Shown one piece after another: positions 21,300 through 21,912 of a stretch of DNA of 21,912 bases (within the stretch, counting starts at the first letter, position 1; each line of letters begins with the position of its first letter). The notes under the pieces are model-generated. The model did not search any database. It was given only the letters and a program-made list of their open reading frames with translations, and had not been told where the DNA came from. The translations under genes and the position numbers were made by a program. Source of the stretch: Ginkgo biloba (taxonomy: Eukaryota > Plantae > Ginkgophyta); assembly GCA_024626585.2 (NCBI GenBank), contig JANKJI020000004.1, positions 59,561,350 through 59,583,261 of the forward strand. Reading direction: 5' to 3'.

Positions 21300-21700
21300 G
21301 AGTGAAAGAGGCATCCCACATCATAGGAGCAATATGGTGTGGAGCATTTAAGTAAAGTAATATTAAATAGTGGTAGGGATAAAAAGGGTTTTTCCACTTA
21401 AGTAACTCTCATTACATGGACTTATTAATTATGTCTGGTCTAGCAGATGAATGGAAAAATGTGGTTTAGGCATCACTTGATTGTATTTATAGATGAGTCT
21501 AGATGTTCATCCTTTTATATGACATCATAAGGATTGTATTGGCAATACTTGATCAATCATCTAAGAATAAAAACATGATTTAGGTAAAAGTATATCTCAT
21601 TTGCATTTATAGAGAGATATTTAGTGGTTGAGTAGAGAAAATATATCTACTTCTTTGATTAACTGGTGTAACATAAGAGGTAGAATAATCCGGTTGAGTA
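21300..21700 (+). pseudogene. Possible decayed accessory ORF of a gypsy element
   Basis: Fragments IIGAIWC, LADEWKNVV, FIDESRCSSFY and IRIVLAIL appear across frameshifts. The resemblance to gymnosperm gypsy extra-ORF proteins is from memory only. Confidence 0.3.
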
Positions 21701-21912
21701 GTAATTAATTTAATATTTTATAGACCCATGAGGTCACTAAAATAATTTGAGCCTTTGGGTTGGAGATTGAAATAAGTTTGTCATGAACGTGGATGATAAA
21801 CACTCAAAAGTATATCAATGATTACAAATTGATACTCTCATGGACATGGTAGAGATATTGATCATTTATATGGAATATTTCACCATAGTGGAACTACTAT
21901 GGAGGTATAACA

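Overview
AT-rich, CpG-depleted, heavily gapped eukaryotic DNA made almost entirely of nested, decayed plant LTR retrotransposons. The motif style and deep nesting suggest a large gymnosperm-like genome, but that is inference. I see no intact host gene, RNA gene or CRISPR array. From left to right: (A) a + strand non-chromovirus (OTA: Athila/Tat-like) Ty3/gypsy element with gag, PR, RT, RH and INT (about 146-7330). Its RNase H is split by a stack of insertions: an antisense ORF remnant, a chromovirus-type RT fragment and a repeat-rich LTR. (B) A - strand gypsy integrase fragment (about 8845-9506). (C) A + strand Athila-like gag-PR-RT remnant (about 9547-12585), joined in frame to a CRM-like protease remnant. 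(D) A short copia-like LTR with a tRNA-iMet PBS on the - strand (16627-16903). (E) Another gag remnant (about 18145-19250). (F) An integrase GPY/F tail followed by a long 3' region holding a 149-bp tandem array with internal hairpins and decayed accessory ORFs. All coding remnants carry stops or frameshifts. I found no convincing new biological system. The best leads are the structured 149-bp array with its flanking accessory ORFs, an NP(F/Y)GN coding repeat, and the antisense coiled-coil-like ORF. All family assignments come from manual translation and motif recognition; no search was run.
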